The translations under genes were made by a program, and so were the position numbers. A stretch of 64,000 nt of DNA from positions 46,164,864 to 46,228,863 of the forward strand of contig NC_068987.1 of the NCBI RefSeq assembly GCF_001194135.2. Reading direction: 5' to 3'. This DNA comes from Octopus bimaculoides (lineage: Eukaryota). The notes under the pieces are model-generated. The model ran no database searches, was not told the DNA's origin, and was given only the letters and a program-made list of their open reading frames with translations. Of the stretch, positions 11,330-22,790 are shown in pieces; position 1 is the stretch's first letter; each line of letters opens with the position of its first letter.

Positions 11330-14300
11330 TCTTTTATTTGCCACCAGGGCGAAAGATGAAAGGGACAATACAAAGATAGACATAAAGTGTGGGGGTTTAG
11401 ATATGAAAGAATAATTAAAAAAGATATACACGGTATACATTAGAAGGGAAATATAGTACACGACACCAGAAGAAGAAGGAGAAAAAAGTGATAATGATGG
11501 GTCTCCCTAAAACAGATGGACCTCTAGGGATAATCGAGGAACTCCATCATCCAAGATCACCCTGAACATCAAGGACGAGTGCCTTCTCCAACTCCTTTCT
11601 TCCGACTCAAGTCTTGCCATTTTCGCAACTTTCAAGTACCTTTTCATAAATTCACTTGAGGACAACACCTCCATCTCCACCCTCACTTTCCTTTTCNNNN
11701 NNNNNNNNNNNNNNNNNNNNNNNNNNNNNNNNNNNNNNNNNNNNNNNNNNNNNNNNNNNNNNNNNNNNNNNNNNNNNNNNNNNNNNNNNNNNNNNNNNNN
11801 NNNNNNNNNNNNNNNNNNNNNNNNNNNNNNNNNNNNNNNNNNNNNNNNNNNNNNNNNNNNNNNNNNNNNNNNNNNNNNNNNNNNNNNNNNNNNNNNNNNN
11901 NNNNNNNNNNNNNNNNNNNNNNNNNNNNNNNNNNNNNNNNNNNNNNNNNNNNNNNNNNNNNNNNNNNNNNNNNNNNNNNNNNNNNNNNNNNNNNNNNNNN
12001 NNNNNNNNNNNNNNNNNNNNNNNNNNNNNNNNNNNNNNNNNNNNNNNNNNNNNNNNNNNNNNNNNNNNNNNNNNNNNNNNNNNNNNNNNNNNNNNNNNNN
12101 NNNNNNNNNNNNNNNNNNNNNNNNNNNNNNNNNNNNNNNNNNNNNNNNNNNNNNNNNNNNNNNNNNNNNNNNNNNNNNNNNNNNNNNNNNNNNNNNNNNN
12201 NNNNNNNNNNNNNNNNNNNNNNNNNNNNNNNNNNNNNNNNNNNNNNNNNNNNNNNNNNNNNNNNNNNNNNNNNNNNNNNNNNNNNNNNNNNNNNNNNNNN
12301 NNNNNNNNNNNNNNNNNNNNNNNNNNNNNNNNNNNNNNNNNNNNNNNNNNNNNNNNNNNNNNNNNNNNNNNNNNNNNNNNNNNNNNNNNNNNNNNNNNNN
12401 NNNNNNNNNNNNNNNNNNNNNNNNNNNNNNNNNNNNNNNNNNNNNNNNNNNNNNNNNNNNNNNNNNNNNNNNNNNNNNNNNNNNNNNNNNNNNNNNNNNN
12501 NNNNNNNNNNNNNNNNNNNNNNNNNNNNNNNNNNNNNNNNNNNNNNNNNNNNNNNNNNNNNNNNNNNNNNNNNNNNNNNNGAGCAGGTGCCGCTGTGAAT
12601 TTCAGCAATCCAGGTCCGGAACCGGTCGCTTTAAGGACGGCTTCCAAGTATCGATGGTCGACACAATCGAAAGCTTTCGACTGATCTAAATTGATCAGGG
12701 CTCCACCGAAGTCAGCGTTAATGCCAGCCCTTTCTTCGATGTATCGCATAATATGGAGGTTGTGGACATACCTGCTTGGGATTGCGCACGTTTGTGCCTC
12801 CCCGACCAGACTACCGACGACAAGCGCCAAACTTTTCACTAACACCTTGGTCAAAATCTTAATCTCTGTTTAGCAGTTATGGGCCGAAAATTCACTAGTA
12901 CTTCCCCATTGTCGACGTCTTTTCTCAGTAGTGTCACCACACCCCAGCTAACAGTACTAGGAATTCACCCGTTCTGCTGGTGAGGCTACCAAACAAATTT
13001 GGCATGAAAACAGAATTCGTAGGGTAGACCATCCAAACCGGGCGATTTGCGACTTGTGCAATCGCGCATCGCCTCCCGTATTTCAGTGGCTGTGATTGGC
13101 TTTTCGTAGAATATCACGTCCGTTACTGTGGGCCGTGATACGCCGTCCAGGTACGAAGTAAAGTCCGCTACCGTCGTCGACCAATCACCTCCCCAAACAG
13201 CGTCGCAAAGTGCTGCTGAAAAGCCGCACATATCTGCTCAGAACCAAATAGCACGCATCCGTCCTGATTCAACAAAGACTTGATCGTAGTTTTGTTTCCA
13301 CGTCGCGTCTCTACCGTTCGGGCCCGTCGGACGGCTTTAATTCCTTCGTGTTTTAGCGCACGGGCCTTAACTCTGACAACACACCCTTCGTGTTTCACCT
13401 CAAAGAAATAGTAAAGGGTCATTCTCGTCGCTAACACGTCGGTCGCGATGCCTTTACTAATAATCTCTTCTAGTTTGCTAACTAGTTCTCCCTCTAGTCT
13501 ATCGATTCTACTCTAATCGCTCTCTTCAGAGCGATCCACCACTAGTTGTTGACGATAGCCCCCATCAACTGCCGCTTAATGAGTTCGCTAATCCAGTCCC
13601 TGTAATCTTTGCGAGCCGGTAAGGACGCATTCAACTTCCAGTAACCGGGTCCCTGTCTATGGGGCCAATCTAAACCGACTGTGCATATTACAAATTTGTG
13701 ATCTGTGCACCTATCCTCTGACCTAACAAATACTCTATCTAAATACGATCTAGATGACCCGTTGAGGTTGTTCCATGTTCACACTAGCACATCAAGGAAA
13801 TCCGTTGGTACCTGTCAGAAAACTGGAAAGTCCTGAGCAGGTTTTCGAAGCTTTTACACTCCCTTCTGCTATGTACTAAACTCACACAGTCCTTTAGTGC
13901 GTCCGAAATATTATTCCAGTCCCCCACCAATACTAAAGCGCGAGACGTTCTCAAGAATGTTTCTAGACACATGAAAAAATCTGGCCTCCCAGTCCCTTCG
14001 CTGCCATTCACGTCCAGGACCACTACCCTACCATCCGGGTCCAGGAAGATAGCCCGAACTTGGAGATCTAAGGATTTCCGGAGTAGCACTGCTACGCCGC
14101 CACCCGCTCCCGATAGACCACAAGATGAGAATACCTTGTAATCCTCAAAAATGGATGGCAGAGCGTGTTTTCTGGAAATCCTTGTTTCACTAATGGCAGC
14201 CACATCTAAATCAAACGACCTGAGATCATTGAGCAAGTGACCTTGCTTCCAAGCTGATCCCAGGCCACGCACATCCACACACCTCATTCTCAGCACAGTC

Positions 14301-15100
14301 ATGCTAGTCGGAGAAAGAAAATGAGGAGGTTACTAACCTTGATTTTCGAGAAGCTCAGAAGTTCCGAGTATCTCTACTGGCGAAGATTTTTTAAAAGGCT
14401 CCTCCAACAACCTTTTATCAACTGATTTTTATTTTAATCCCCACACTACATGGAAATTTTTCTCTTATAATTTTATAAACGTCTGACGACGTTTTAATTA
14501 AAATTCTGTCCCTGGGGGTTTTGAGGATGAAATCCTCAAATTCCTTTCCCTCTGTCTCTATTTTGTTTTTGTTTTGACTTACAAAATACATCGATTGATT
14601 GATGCACTAGTTCACAAGTGAAATTGATGGATACATTTCGTCTACAGTCTGATGAATAGTCTTGTTTTTGAAGTTCAGTAATTGTTTGTTTCTGTGTATC
14701 TGTGATTTCATGCCATAGTTGTTGATGATGTTGCTGTTTTTGAAGTTGTCCTTTATTCTTGTTGTTTTTGTTGGAGTGGTTGTGAATTGTGTTGCAGTTG
14801 TGGTTTCAGTATATCCTTTTGTTGAGTCCTTGGAGTAGGGTTATGTACTCTCCTCCTCATTCACCTTCCCGCTTTTGTCACTGCGATCCATTGATCGTTC
14901 AGCTCTTCTTTCTCCATGTCATTGCAGTTGATGTTGGTCTGGGAGGTTGCTTTTCCGTGGCAACTGGAGGTAGACTCCTTCTTGGTTTGGGAGTGGGTGT
15001 GTGCGTTGGTGTGGGTGTAGGTGTAGAAGTCTTGAGCACTTGTTCATGATTTTGCGTCTGTGGTGTTTGTAGTGCTGGTAGCAGTGGGAGTTTATTTTTT
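11330..15100 (-). mobile_element. L1/Tx1-clade LINE copy 1: low-complexity ORF1 C-terminal part, ORF2 and 3' UTR; spans a gap
   Basis: APE endonuclease, GPGYWKLNASL, SPGLDGLPYEF, KILTKVL, LDQSKAFDCVDH. The 3' UTR ends ..GGCAAATAAAAGAAA followed by a trinucleotide tail near 11330. Confidence 0.9.
11600..14302 (-). pseudogene. ORF2 (APE endonuclease plus reverse transcriptase) of LINE copy 1, disrupted
   Basis: ORF pieces 13784-14302, 12986-13437 and 12590-12854, plus C-terminal KRKVRVEMEVLSSSEF near 11690. Confidence 0.9.
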
Positions 15101-15686
15101 CTTGCTTTAGGGCTGGAAGGCTACCCTTCTCCGATTCCTTTATATATTTTTTCTTGCCATTTAAAAATCTTCTTTGTCTGTGCGAAAATTTTCCATATTT
15201 CTCGTTACAAACGCAAAAGAAGCGGAGGCGATATTCGCGTTTCTATGTTTCTTTTCTTTCGTATTGTTGTTGCTGTTGTTATTGTTGTTGTTGTTGTCGT
15301 CGTTGTTGTTATTGTTATCACTGCTGCTACGGTTGCTGTTGTTGTTATTGTCGTTGTCGACACCGAAAGTTTTCACGTTGCTTAGAGACTAAACATTATT
15401 CGCCTCGGTGACGTCATTATGTTTAGGTCATTCGATATTCTTGTTCTCATTTTTTTCCGACGAGGAACATCTTTAATTGAATAACGAAAACAGCATAATA
15501 TTATTTTTTCCGAAAGTTAAAATTCAAAAACTATTGATGCGCATCTCCTGAAAAATACTATCTGCGCAGTCCAGACAATCTCAGAAATGCAATGGTAACA
15601 ATAAAGTGAAAACACGGGGCCTTAAATTACAAACTCTATTTCAACTTACGGAGCTCCTAATTTCCGTGAGTTACAATATGGCGGCC

Positions 15687-15769
<83 letters not shown>

Positions 15770-15772
15770 AAT

Positions 15773-15890
15773 TGTTTCAAATTTTGGAACAAGGCCAGCA
15801 AGTTCGAGTAAAGGATTAAATTAATTACATCGACCTCAGTGCTGAACTGGTACTTATTTCATCGACTCCGAATGGATGAACGGAAAAGAC
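15773..15890 (-). mobile_element. SINE family B, 3' part with (TAA)n(TGA)n tail
   Basis: GTTTCAAATTTTGGAACAAGGCCAGC..ACTGGTACTTATTTCATCGAC. Confidence 0.75.
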
Positions 15891-15923
15891 GATCCCGATA
15901 GAACAGTAGTAGTAGTAGTAGTA

Positions 15924-17760
15924 ACAACACTAGCCATGAACAAGGTAGCACGAGTAATCATAAAATATATAAAACATTCCATGAATAAATGGCAGACAGT
16001 GCTACAGCTTCAGTCAAAAGAGGGTCTCATAAAAACCAAAGTCATCCCCATTAGAAGAGAAATATTCCAGGGAGACACGCTCTCTCCACTCCTTTTCTGC
16101 TTGGTACTGACACCTTTATCTGACATGCTAAATAGAAATGGATGCGAATACAGCTGTTACAACAAAACAATCAACAATTTCTTGTATATGGATGATCTAA
16201 AACTATGCTACAAATGGTAAACAGCTGGAAACATTTCTACAGTCATTACATGGATTTGCCAAAGAAATGAACATGAAATTTGGATTAGAAAAATGTGCCA
16301 AAGCAACCTTGAAAAAGGAAAACTAGTTAAGAGTAGCAACATTGCACTAGACAAAGCCAATGAAATAAGAGAATGAGACCAAAGCCAGACATACAAATAT
16401 TTAGGAGTCAATGAACTAGATACGATGCAACATACACAAATGAAAGAGAAAATAAAGAATACTATAGACGAGTTAGATCAATACTGAAAACAGAGCTCAA
16501 TGCGAAAAACAAGATAATAGGTATCAACACTCTAGCCGTCCCAGTTATAAGTTACAGCAACAATATCCTTAACTGGACTCTAAATGAACTAATCAAAATA
16601 GACAGGGAAACAAGAAAAATAATGATGGGATTTAGGATGCACCACCCAAAATCTGACCTAGAAAGGTTATATATATACAATGTATCGAAGGTGGTAGAGG
16701 CCTTATACAGGTAGAAAACTATTATAAAACAACGACCATAGGACTACACAAATACCTACTTCAGAAGCAAGGAAAACTAATACAAATAGCCACAAAACAC
16801 GAGCAAAATAAAAAAACTGTTTCTTGTTTTTAAGAAAGCTGACAAATACAAAACAATAAAAAATGTCATAATACCTAACAACTATGAAGAAAAAGAAGAA
16901 ACAACAAAATCTGTAAAACAACTGAAATCCAAACTAAGACTGGAACAGCAACGTATCATGATAAAACGATGGCAAGAAAAGCCCCTTCATGGCGAATACT
17001 GGGTTAAGCCAAACAGAAAAGAAATAGGCAAAGCAAAATCCCAACAATAGCTGAGAAGCTCAGGACCCAAAGCAGAGACAGAAAGATTTTTAACTGCAGC
17101 ACAAGATCAAAGCCTTCCCACCAGAAATCACCAAAAACATGTAATGAAAAGAAATACAAGTAACTGTAGAATATGTGGTGATGGAAAAGAAACAATAAAT
17201 CATATTGTTTCTGGCTGCCCAGTCCTAGCTAAGAAGGAGTATATTCACAAACACAACAAAGTTGGGACCTATATACACTAGAAGCTATGCAAGCACTATA
17301 GAATAACAACAGAAAAAGATGGTATAGGCACACCCCAGAAAAGGCCACAGAAAATGAGAAAGCAACCATACTCTGGGATATGCCAATACATACAGATAGA
17401 GAAATTAAGGCCAAAAGGCCGAATATAATTGTCAGAGATCACGAAGAAAAAAATTGCTTTCCCGTCGATATATCAGTACCAACAGACGAAAATGTTTCTC
17501 TAAAAGAACCGAGAAACTTTCAAAATACAAAGATCTGAAAATAGAGGTAACACAAATGTGGAGCCTAAAATCAGAAACAATTCCTATTATAGTAGGCGCA
17601 TTAGGTACGATGAAAAACATTCAGACAAATACATAACAAAAACACCAGAACTAACAAGTATATATAACATACAGTAAATAGCACAAGGCACCGCACACAT
17701 CCTACGTAAAATACTTTCAATACATTGAAAATAAGAGCATCACAACAAACTACAGCACAG
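15924..17760 (+). mobile_element. R4/Dong-clade non-LTR retrotransposon, 5'-truncated, RT plus zinc knuckle plus RLE, disrupted
   Basis: IFQGDTLSPLLFC, YMDDLKL, KYLG, CRICGDGKETINHIVSGC, KRPNIIV..VDISVP, KLSKYKDL, IPIIVGALG. Confidence 0.92.
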
Positions 17761-17975
17761 TATAATGAACACACATACATACACGCGCGCACGCACACAT
17801 TTTATTGAAGTCGGTGTTTGAATTTTATACAAATTTGTAAGTATGGACATTGTCATCGTACTGTGTTTTAAATAAGTGCATATTTGTTTCAATAATTAAA
17901 AGAACTAATCTACATAAAAGCTACGTTTTTTGTTTGTATATATTTATGCAAATATATATATATATGTGTGTGTAC

Positions 17976-18030
<55 letters not shown>

Positions 18031-18585
18031 CACATACATATGTATACCTACATACACACAACACACGCACACACATATATATATTAGACATATTGTGCGT
18101 ATATATTGAAAATAATCAATAACCATTATTGACTGTTAACTATATTATAAGTGGTGTCTGTTTTGTGATTTTGGTCTATAAAGGCCAATTCTACCACCAT
18201 CATCATCATCATCATCATCATCACAATCAATATCATCACAATCAATATCATCATCATCGTCATCAACTTCATCTTTTCATCGTCGCCATCATCGTTGTCA
18301 TCACGATTGTTAGTAGTTTACATTCGCAGCCTCTCCAATAAACAGAAAGATATTGGGACTTCTAATTAACTCTCTTAGCTTGTAGCCAAATCACATACGC
18401 ACCCACCTGTGTCATCTTAGAAAAGAACAAAATAGATGGTCATTGCTGGAATGTCTTTGATAATAATTCTGCTCAAACAGCGATGTTTTTCAGTGGGCTG
18501 GCTCATTGTTATTTTCTTTACAGCTTCTGCACAAAAAGCTTCCTTCAACTGGACAGCAAATACTTATTGTTGTTATCGTTATTAT

Positions 18586-18720
18586 TAAGGCGGCGAGCGG
18601 GCATAATTGTCGATACCCCATCTTTACGTTCTGAATTCATTCTTCCCCGGGGTCGACTTTGTTTCTCATTCTTTCGGAGTCGATAAAATATGTACCAGTT
18701 GAATACTATGGTCGATATAA
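18586..18720 (+). mobile_element. SINE family B
   Basis: AAGGCGGCGAG head; GGTCGACTTTG..TCATTCTTTCGGAGTCGATAAAA..TACCAG body. Confidence 0.75.
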
Positions 18721-18875
18721 CAGCAAACAACCGATGAAGGGTCGTTCTTTTTGGTGTTTTTTGTTTTGTTTTCCATTTGTGCCTTTCGTTGTTCGAAAGA
18801 ATAGTTCATGTTCCATGTACTTGTGCTTCGTACTTTTTTGTTGTACACGTTTCGTGACGTCCTGTGCCCACATAT

Positions 18876-18973
<98 letters not shown>

Positions 18974-19797
18974 ATATATATATACACCTGCCTACCTACC
19001 TCTCTACCAACTACCTACCTACCTACTTTGCTACATGCATACGTACATACATTAGTAAAATGATTTCTTGGCTAAATTCTTCAAGAGCCACATACTTCTT
19101 CCACCTATTTTCTTTTACTTGGAGTTTACTAGTATCTATATATCTTCTGGGTTCAGAAGTCTAGCAAAAAGAGTTACTGCTGTCATCGTTGGTACTTGCG
19201 ATATTACATTATAAAATTTGTCACTTTTTCTTTTGATCTCTAACTGTAACTTCCTCCTAATGACAACGTCTGCGTATTCAGTTCCAATTTTTGTCTGTTT
19301 TTTTTTTCTTTCTTTTTACCGTCTCTTTCTGCAACCGTTTATGGCACGAATTCATTCGCACCATTACAGAAGTGGCTATCGTGTACCATTAGTGAACAAA
19401 GCAAAATGGACGCTTGCAGAAAAATATGTACACAATAAAAATGTGTTTTTTTTCCCTTTTCACTTGAATATTTGGAAGTGTTTTGCGGAAGAAAGAAAAA
19501 CGAGACACACTTTTTCCCATTTATTAATTCCGAAAGAAATCACCTCCTAAATAGAGTTCTGTGAAATGCATGCGTCGACCACCATACCCACCATCAGCAC
19601 CAACCACCGCCGCCGCCGCCACCACCAAAGAGAGAAAAATACCGTGGAGTATAAATATAAAATGCGTTTACAAATTACAATGGGAGGAGCAAGAGACGTT
19701 ATGGAATGTTTTGAATGGCATACTAAGAATTTTAAAGGTGCACAGACATACATACACAAACACACACTTACACACACACATACACACATACACACAC

Positions 19798-19947
19798 AGT
19801 GTTCAACTGGTACTTATTTTATCGACCCAGAAAGGATGAAAGGCAAAGTTTACGACGGCAGAATTTGAACTCAGAAAGTAGTGACGGGCGAAATGCCGCT
19901 AAGCGTTTTGCCCGGTGTGCTGACGAATCTGCCAGCTCACCGCCTTA
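19798..19947 (-). mobile_element. SINE family B
   Basis: Reverse complement of the family B head and body: CTGCCAGCTCACCGCCTT and AAGGATGAAAGGCAAAG. Confidence 0.85.
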
Positions 19948-19995
19948 AATTTAAAACAATATAATGAATGGAAGGGAAATATAAAGGATTACTAC

Positions 19996-21285
19996 TTAGG
20001 TTGAATTCGGGTGCTCCACGGCTTCGTTCATATAACCATTTCTTAAATTGTGAACCGAGTGCGGCTGACTGCACCAGTAAAGCATTTCTTGAGATATTTG
20101 ATGTTCCTGTATGACTCTGTTGTGTTCGCGTATCTTACGATTTTGTAAATCCATTTTGACATCCCCAATATACAGGTCATTTGTTAAACCTGTTTGGACT
20201 TCCCTGCCATACCGCGATACAAATGTGACTATTACCCATGGATCTACATTGTTGTTAGTGTCTCTTGAAGTCCTTTGCGTTTCTTTGACCCATGTACTAA
20301 ATCAAAAATATGTAGTCAGAGATATGTCTAACAATTCTGTGTGTTTTGGTTGATTCTTTAGTTTAAAGACACAGCAGACAGTGCCAGAGCTTTTGCCATT
20401 CTCAATTGAGAGAAACGTCTGATACGTTTTGGGAAGTCATGTTATGAAGGAAAATTTAGTCGGCTTCCATTTTTCATTAAGCAGAAATACATTAATTTTT
20501 CTCTCTTCTGAACTATCTCCCGTGGCAAAGAAATGCTGTTCGGTTTTGAGGAATTCTCTGGCATACATATTTTTCTTGTAAGTGCGATAGATTAAAAAAG
20601 TCTATATGATCATTTTATATTAAAGGAAAGCTTACCTTCATACAACTGTTGTATGAACGGTCTGCAGTATTTGAATTCGTGTACAAGCTTTTGCTGTTCT
20701 TATTACTATTGCTGTCATTAGGATTACTTATCTGATTATTTGGGACATTTTCTTCTTTCAACGTTCCTTTTCTTCTATTTCTTTTATACGTTTCAGCCCA
20801 AAGGTTGTGGCCATGCTGAACACTCCCATTGTAATCACCTTTTCAGCAGCCATTCTTATGCGATTTGCTTTTGGTGAAGGTGGAAGTTCGACACAGTTGC
20901 TCTCTTTTGAGTCTCCTGCCTTGATATTGGTTCATCTGGGATCTTGGACAGCAGGAGATCAAGATGTTTTTTAAAAACATCTACGCCTACTCCATGAAGA
21001 TCCTTCAGATATTTTGGCAAAGCATTAAATAACTGTGGGCCATTGAATCCCGAGCCCCTGCAGTACATGGTCTTCACTCTAGACGGGATAGCTGGGATCT
21101 TTGGAACAGTGCAGTGACGTCCAGTTCGGAGGTTAGTATAACTCTTGATGCCAAAGTTTGTTGCCAACCTGTTCGCTATGATGTTAATTTTCTTCTCGTA
21201 CATTTAGCTGTGCGTTTTAATTTTGTTGCTTTTTAAAACCATTGTAGTGTTTTGTTGTGAAGCGTAATTATGCGTGGTAGCTATT
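19996..21285 (-). pseudogene. Disrupted spliced reading frame, unidentified product; exon parts 21285-21188, 20776-20636 and 20574-19996
   Basis: 193-codon frame with only two internal TGA stops; 61-nt GTAAG..AAG intron in matching phase 0; removing the LINE and one TSD copy rejoins the frame; one +1 slip in an A5 run. Confidence 0.55.
20777..21187 (-). mobile_element. 5'-truncated CR1/L2-group LINE 3' end with 9-bp TSD
   Basis: NFGIKSYTN..GPQLFNALPK..FKKHLDLLLSKIPDEP; TTTTCTTCT at both 20768-20776 and 21188-21196. Confidence 0.8.
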
Positions 21286-21530
21286 CTGGATGTGAAAATG
21301 TAATGTGTTAAAATTTTATTTAAAAAGTTTATGAAACAAACCCTTCTTTTTCTGTTGCCTACCCACAAGTATGAAGGGCAACCCTTCCTTAAGCAATTAC
21401 AATTCTACAAGTACTATATAAAATTTTCATTGGATCATACATCGTATTTCAAAGGGAGAATCAAAAATACATTTCCACACAAGAAGAATGAAATATGATA
21501 ATAACAAAATTAATGCTTTCTACTACAAGT

Positions 21531-21644
21531 ACAAGGCCTGAAATTTGAGGGGAAGAGGATTGTCACTTACACGGACCCCAGTGCTCCACTGGTACATATT
21601 TCTTCCTCTTCCTCCTGCTCCTCCTGCTCCTCTTCCTCCTCTTC

Positions 21645-21686
<42 letters not shown>

Positions 21687-21687
21687 T

Positions 21688-21731
<44 letters not shown>

Positions 21732-21962
21732 ATAATAATAATAATAATAATAACAATAATATTAATAATAATGGTTTCAAATTTTGTCACAAGGCCAGCA
21801 ATTTCGCCCCTATTCCTTAACTGGTACTTATTCCATCAACCTCCAAAAGGATGAAAGGCAAAGCCGACCTCAGCTGGATTCGAACTCAGAACATAAATTT
21901 GGAGGAAATGCCGCTAAGCATTTTGCCCAGCGTAGTGACGATTCAGCCAGCCAGCCATCTTT
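21531..21962 (-). mobile_element. Two SINE B pieces separated by a compound (TCC)n(CTA)n(TAA)n microsatellite
   Basis: Family B tail at 21531-21598 and a near-full copy at 21771-21962. Confidence 0.75.
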
Positions 21963-21976
21963 GTAATAATAATAAT

Positions 21977-22265
21977 ATCGTCAAGATGTGGCAGCTACGA
22001 GAGTCAAACATGAAGGTTGTCCTTGTTATCATCGGAGCATTGGGTTCAATACCACCCAACCTGAAGAAACATTTGGAAACTTTAGAAATACCCTATAATC
22101 TAGGTGTATTGCAAACATCGGCATTACTTGGAACTGCACGCATATTGCATAAAGTAGTGTTTGTCTGAGGTCCTTGTTGTGACTTGACAAACAGTACAAA
22201 GCCCCGGTAGACACAATATCTTCAATCAACAACATCACGATATTGGATATTGGGCGACGTCTTAA
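21977..22265 (+). mobile_element. R4/Dong 3' fragment flanked by (TAA)n on both sides
   Basis: KVVLVIIGALGSIP..LQTSALLGTARILHKV* plus 3' UTR; TAA runs at 21964-21976 and 22267-22279. Confidence 0.9.
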
Positions 22266-22299
22266 ATAATAATAATAATGATTTCTTTTAATAATAATA

Positions 22300-22790
22300 A
22301 TCCTTTGTGCTAAAGGCACAAAGCCTGACATTTTGTGGGAAGGGACTAGTCGATTACATTGACCCCAGTGTTATAATATTAACTCTTTCTACTATAAGCA
22401 CAAGGCGCGAAATTTTAGGGTCGGGAGTAGTCGATTATATCGACTCCAGTGTTTAACGGGTACTTATTCTATCGATCGGCGGAATTTGAACTTAAAAAGT
22501 AAGGAGCCAGAAGAAATGCAGCTCAGCGTTTTGCCCGATGCGCTAATGGTTCTACTAGCTAACGTTTCTATCGGCTCGCTGTCTTCTTTCTAATTTTAGC
22601 ACAAGGCCAGAAATTTTGACTGGAACGTCGATTACATCGACACCAGTCTTTGATTGGTATTTTATTTTATTGGTCCCATAAGAGATGAAATGCATATTTG
22701 ACCTCAGCAGGATTTGAGTTCAGAACGTAGCGCCGGAAAAAGTGCCACTAAGCAGTTTGTCCAACGCGCTAACGATTTTGCCAGCTCGTC
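22300..22790 (-). mobile_element. Stack of 3-4 SINE B copies in the same orientation
   Basis: Repeated GCACAAGGC..GTCGATTACATCGAC..CCAGTG blocks. Confidence 0.75.

Noticed and set aside
20275-20440. TGA-only stops as selenocysteine or a genetic-code-4 insert
   Set aside because: No SECIS recognised, the frame also uses TGG, and it has a spliceosomal-type intron and a frameshift. CGA or TGG mutating to TGA is simpler.
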